This document shows, in pieces, positions 59,965 through 64,000 of a stretch of DNA of 64,000 bases (position 1 is the stretch's first letter; every line of letters starts with the position of its first letter). This stretch comes from the human T2T-CHM13v2.0 reference genome, Homo sapiens. The DNA is taken from contig CP068257.2 in NCBI GenBank assembly GCA_009914755.4, positions 32,160,001 to 32,224,000 on the forward strand, in the 5' to 3' direction. The position numbers and the translations under genes were made by a program. The notes under the pieces are model-generated. The model worked only from the letters and a program-made list of their open reading frames with translations. It did not search any database and was not told the origin of the DNA.

Positions 59965-59970
59965 AATAAA
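59965..59970 (+). other. AATAAA hexamer, a candidate poly(A) signal for the short-isoform 3'UTR, about 1.5 kb after the read-through stop. A second AATAAA lies at 59149..59154.
   Basis: The hexamer is visible in the sequence. Its position would fit a short-isoform 3'UTR of roughly 0.65 to 1.5 kb. Which site is used cannot be decided from sequence alone. Confidence 0.3.
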
Positions 59971-62170
59971 AATGCCTGCTGCTCACAGCACAGAAAATGG
60001 GGCAGGGGGAGCCTCAAGCACAATCTAGCTGTCCTCCTAAAGACTCTGTAATGCTCACTCCCCTCGCGTTCTCCCGGCGCTGTCGGGAGGCTGTGCTGGT
60101 GGTCGTGTAGAGGTCCTTCTCCTTTCACATGGTGCAGAGAGCGAGGACCTCTCCTCCTCGTTCAGTTGCACTTCAGTATTTTCACGGATATGAATGTAAA
60201 ATATATAAATATATAAACCTGCGGCTTTAACAACTGTAATACAACCTTTTGAATTAGTTCCGTGTATAGATAATTAAATTCTTCATACAAAAGTTAGATG
60301 GAAATGTCTCTGTGTTCTTGATGTTGGAACCTGGCAGTGGTGGTGAGGAACCAAGCAGACTAGATGTCAGCAATGGGCCTGCTGCCCACGTGTCAACCAT
60401 GACCTGTGCTCTTTGAAATACAGACATTATCAGAGGCTCGCCGAGTCTTTGTTGAACAGCCCTCCCTCTCCCCGTGCTCTCCACCTTCCCTGATCAATAT
60501 GCAAATGATCATTCCTTATAATACCAGTTTCGAAACATAGAACTCTACCACCCAGTTTAGCAGTTCAGTCTCACCGGGCTTTTGATATAAGTTGTCGACA
60601 CATTGAGGGTGTGTGATTTGGCTCAGGGTACAAACCATTTGTCCAAAAGATGTATCGTAATGTACTGGTGAACACCCCCAAAATTATGTGGGTAAAGACA
60701 GAAACTTGCACATGCCCCACGTTGTCTGGGATCGGCTTCTGCCTGGCACACTTTGCAGAAATAAACCAGCGTCCACATTGATGCCACTGTTTGCTACAAT
60801 GACCACATGCTTGATTCCATCCTCATGAGCTTCACTTATTGGACCTCTCCTGCCATTCAGTGGAAAAGTGGTTTCCTTCCTCAATTCAGCAGATATTTGG
60901 TGGGGGGGATGTCTACCATGAGTTGGGTGCCCCATTGGCTTCTGGGAGGAGTGTGGTACTCCGTGGAAACAGAGTCCCTGTCTTCATGGAGTTCATATTG
61001 TAATGGAAGGAACAAACAGAAAACCAAACTCCTGCAATCCATATAAATATGCACGGTATGTGTGTGACAAGGTGACAAGTTCTGCACTAGAAGTTTGGAT
61101 ATGAGGCACCACTGAGCAGACTGGCAGGGCCAGGGGAGGGTGGCTGCAGGGCAAGGATCAGAGAACCTTCAGGGGGTGGGGCGGGGAGTGCCATTTGAGC
61201 TGAGACCTGAAGAGTAAGGAGGGAGGAGCCAGATGGAGTGGGGGAAGAGGTGTGGCTATTGTAGATGGAGCTGTCAGGACAAGCAAAGGCCCAGGGGTGG
61301 GCGGGGAGATCCTTCTCACTGTCCCCCAGGCCACCCCCGTGTGGAGCAGTGGTTGAGTCTGCAAGTCCCATCTCTTCCCCAGGATCCCTTCAGCTGTGTA
61401 AGCCAGTGTTGCTTCTCCAGTCTTGAGTTTGGCTGGAAGGGATGCAGTTGTCAAGGTGGGTACTACTCCATAACACTCTACCTAATTCACTCCAGATGCC
61501 CCACGCCCTCACTGTAGGCCATTTCCCCAGGCTTGCCTCCAGCTTTGTGAAGTTGACATGGGTTGTTCCCCAGGAAGCTGTGCTTTCCCCTACAAATCAT
61601 TGAGTTTGCATTTGGTTGTATCCATTGGACCCCATGATTCTCAGCCAGTGGGAGTGCTGCTGGTGTCTCATGGTTAGAGTCAGGGATGCTGCTCCTCATC
61701 CTGCAGTGCACAGGACAGTCCCCCGCAACAAAGAATGATCTGGCCCCAGATGTCACCAGAGCTGAGGTTGAGAAGCGCAGGTCTCACCCCACTGGCCACT
61801 GTGGTTAATGTTCACCTGGTTATTCACCACCAGAAAGGCTGCCCCGGTAACTCCTGTTGAATAAATTTAATCACCTAAGCTCATGTCGTGTATCTGCAGC
61901 ATCAAACGTATCTCAGAACCTTGGTTTTATATTTCAAAATCTTATTCTTGTTTATTATCCCCCATACTCTGCACTTTGGTACTAGATTAAACTACTTCAG
62001 TCATATTCACAAGAGAATCTGGTTAACAGAAAATTGAGTACAAGGGAAAGAAAGCATCTTTCTTCTAATAAATTAGTGAAGGGATACTAGGTATCTCCTA
62101 TGGCCTCAGAGTTTAAAGGTGTCAGGTTTTGGTTTGTTTGTTCTTTAGCTATTTGTTTTTTGTTTTTTAA

Positions 62171-62617
<447 letters not shown>

Positions 62618-63725
62618 TGATTATTAAATCATTTAATTTCATATTGGTCTGTGTAAATATATTTGCAAGTGAACTTTGGGTACAGTTTTGCTCCAGTAGC
62701 ATTAGACAAGATGAGTCCAAATGAGATTGTCTTCATTGTGCACTTACGAATCACTCTCCTCTGGCCGGCTGCCTCTCCACACTGCAGAGCAGGCCTGCAG
62801 AGTTGGGGAGCCATGGTGGTTGAGTTCCCCAAGTGGCCCAGGCCTCAGACTGCCTCTGCATAAAAGGGTGTCTGGGAGAAGCCGATCTAAAGCAGTAACT
62901 CGGCCCTATGTTAAGTCACAAAATATCTAACCATTACATGCATGGTAGAAACTGGTATCTTCCCTGTTTCTGGAAAGGAATCTGGGCAGACCCAGGCCGC
63001 AAATAGTAACGATTGGGTTATCTATGCTTTCAGCGATGCCATCAGAAGAAATAGTAACACTAGCTTAGGAAAACCCTCTAAATATTAGGTTTAACCATAT
63101 GAAATTGTCAATTCTTACCTATAAAAACAGCAATCTATAATTCAACCTAGTACAATATATCATCACCTGGCACATGGTAGGTTAGGTTAAAAAAAAATGC
63201 CTATTGAATGAGTGAATGAAATCAACCGGTGACTATAGAAAACACCAGTCTCAGCTTTTGACACAGACCACATCACCCTCAGAGAGGAGACCATGCTGTC
63301 TCTCCAGTTTCCTTTTCCTTTAGATGTGAGCTTCCCAAAAACAACAGTGGCCTTGGAAGGGGCTGCTCCTGGAGTCTCTTGCTCATTTGGTCTAAGAAGG
63401 AGGCTGAGGACCAGGGACCGTTGTCTGAGCCAAGTCTCCACTCCAGCACAGGGCGGGGGCAACACCCCACCCAGGTAACAGTTGGGCAACGGGCACAGCA
63501 AATCGCAGTCCTGCTTCATTAATCCTATTCATTCTCTTTAGTTCCAAAAATACCCAAGAGAATTTTTATGGAAATGACATTGGATGCCAATGGTCCCAAA
63601 AATGCAAGGAAAAATAGCTCCTTCTTTGAAATGTCTGGTATTCGGGGTCTGGTAGGATAGGGAGACGTAGTGAAGTCCAAGATCACAGTAGCCTTAATGT
63701 GAATGTTCCGCTTCAGCCAGAGTTC

Positions 63726-63992
63726 TCTTGGGCACTTTTTTTTTTTTTTTTTTGAGACGGTTCACCCAGGTTGGAGTACAGTGGTGCAATCTCGGCTCAC
63801 TGCAAGCTCTGCCTCAGCCTCCCCAGTAGCTGGGACTACAGGTGCCCGCCACCATGCCTCGCTAATTTTTTTGTACTAGAGATGGGGTTTCACTGTGTTA
63901 GCCAGGATGGTCTCGATCTCCTGACCTTGTGATCCGCCTGCCTCGGCCTCCCAAAGTGCTGGGATTACAGGCGTGAGCCACCGCGCCCGGCC
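63726..63992 (-). mobile_element. Alu, antisense, with internal deletions; it runs to the window edge
   Basis: Long poly-T followed by gagacgg|ttcacccaggttggagtacagtggtgcaatctcggctcactgcaagctctgcctcagcctcc, ending ...gagccaccgcgcccggcc. It lacks the consensus stretches agtctcgctctgtcg and cgggttcacgccattctcctg. Confidence 0.9.
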
Positions 63993-64000
63993 ACTCTTGG

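Overview
The window reads as human (primate) genomic DNA covering the central part of ITSN1 (intersectin 1, chr21q22.1), transcribed on the + strand. It is not prokaryotic or phage sequence. There is no CRISPR array, operon, rRNA or tRNA, and I see no undescribed biological system; the interesting material is splicing architecture and recent retroelement activity. Translating the + strand gives 14 constitutive coding exons with canonical AG/GT boundaries and continuous reading-frame phase. Joined, they read ...[268 protein letters not shown]...[11 protein letters not shown]...[317 protein letters not shown]. This matches my memory of the ITSN1 coiled-coil region and all five SH3 domains (A to E). 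A 15-nt microexon encoding VKGEW with perfect splice signals lies in the SH3A-splitting intron, consistent with the known neuron-specific ITSN1 microexon. The introns carry about 29 Alu elements, including a consensus-identical AluYb8 and a closely spaced inverted Alu pair, plus several MIR fragments, microsatellites and tandem duplications. Gene identity, exon numbering and isoform details come from memory and were not searched; all coordinates were derived by translating the sequence shown.
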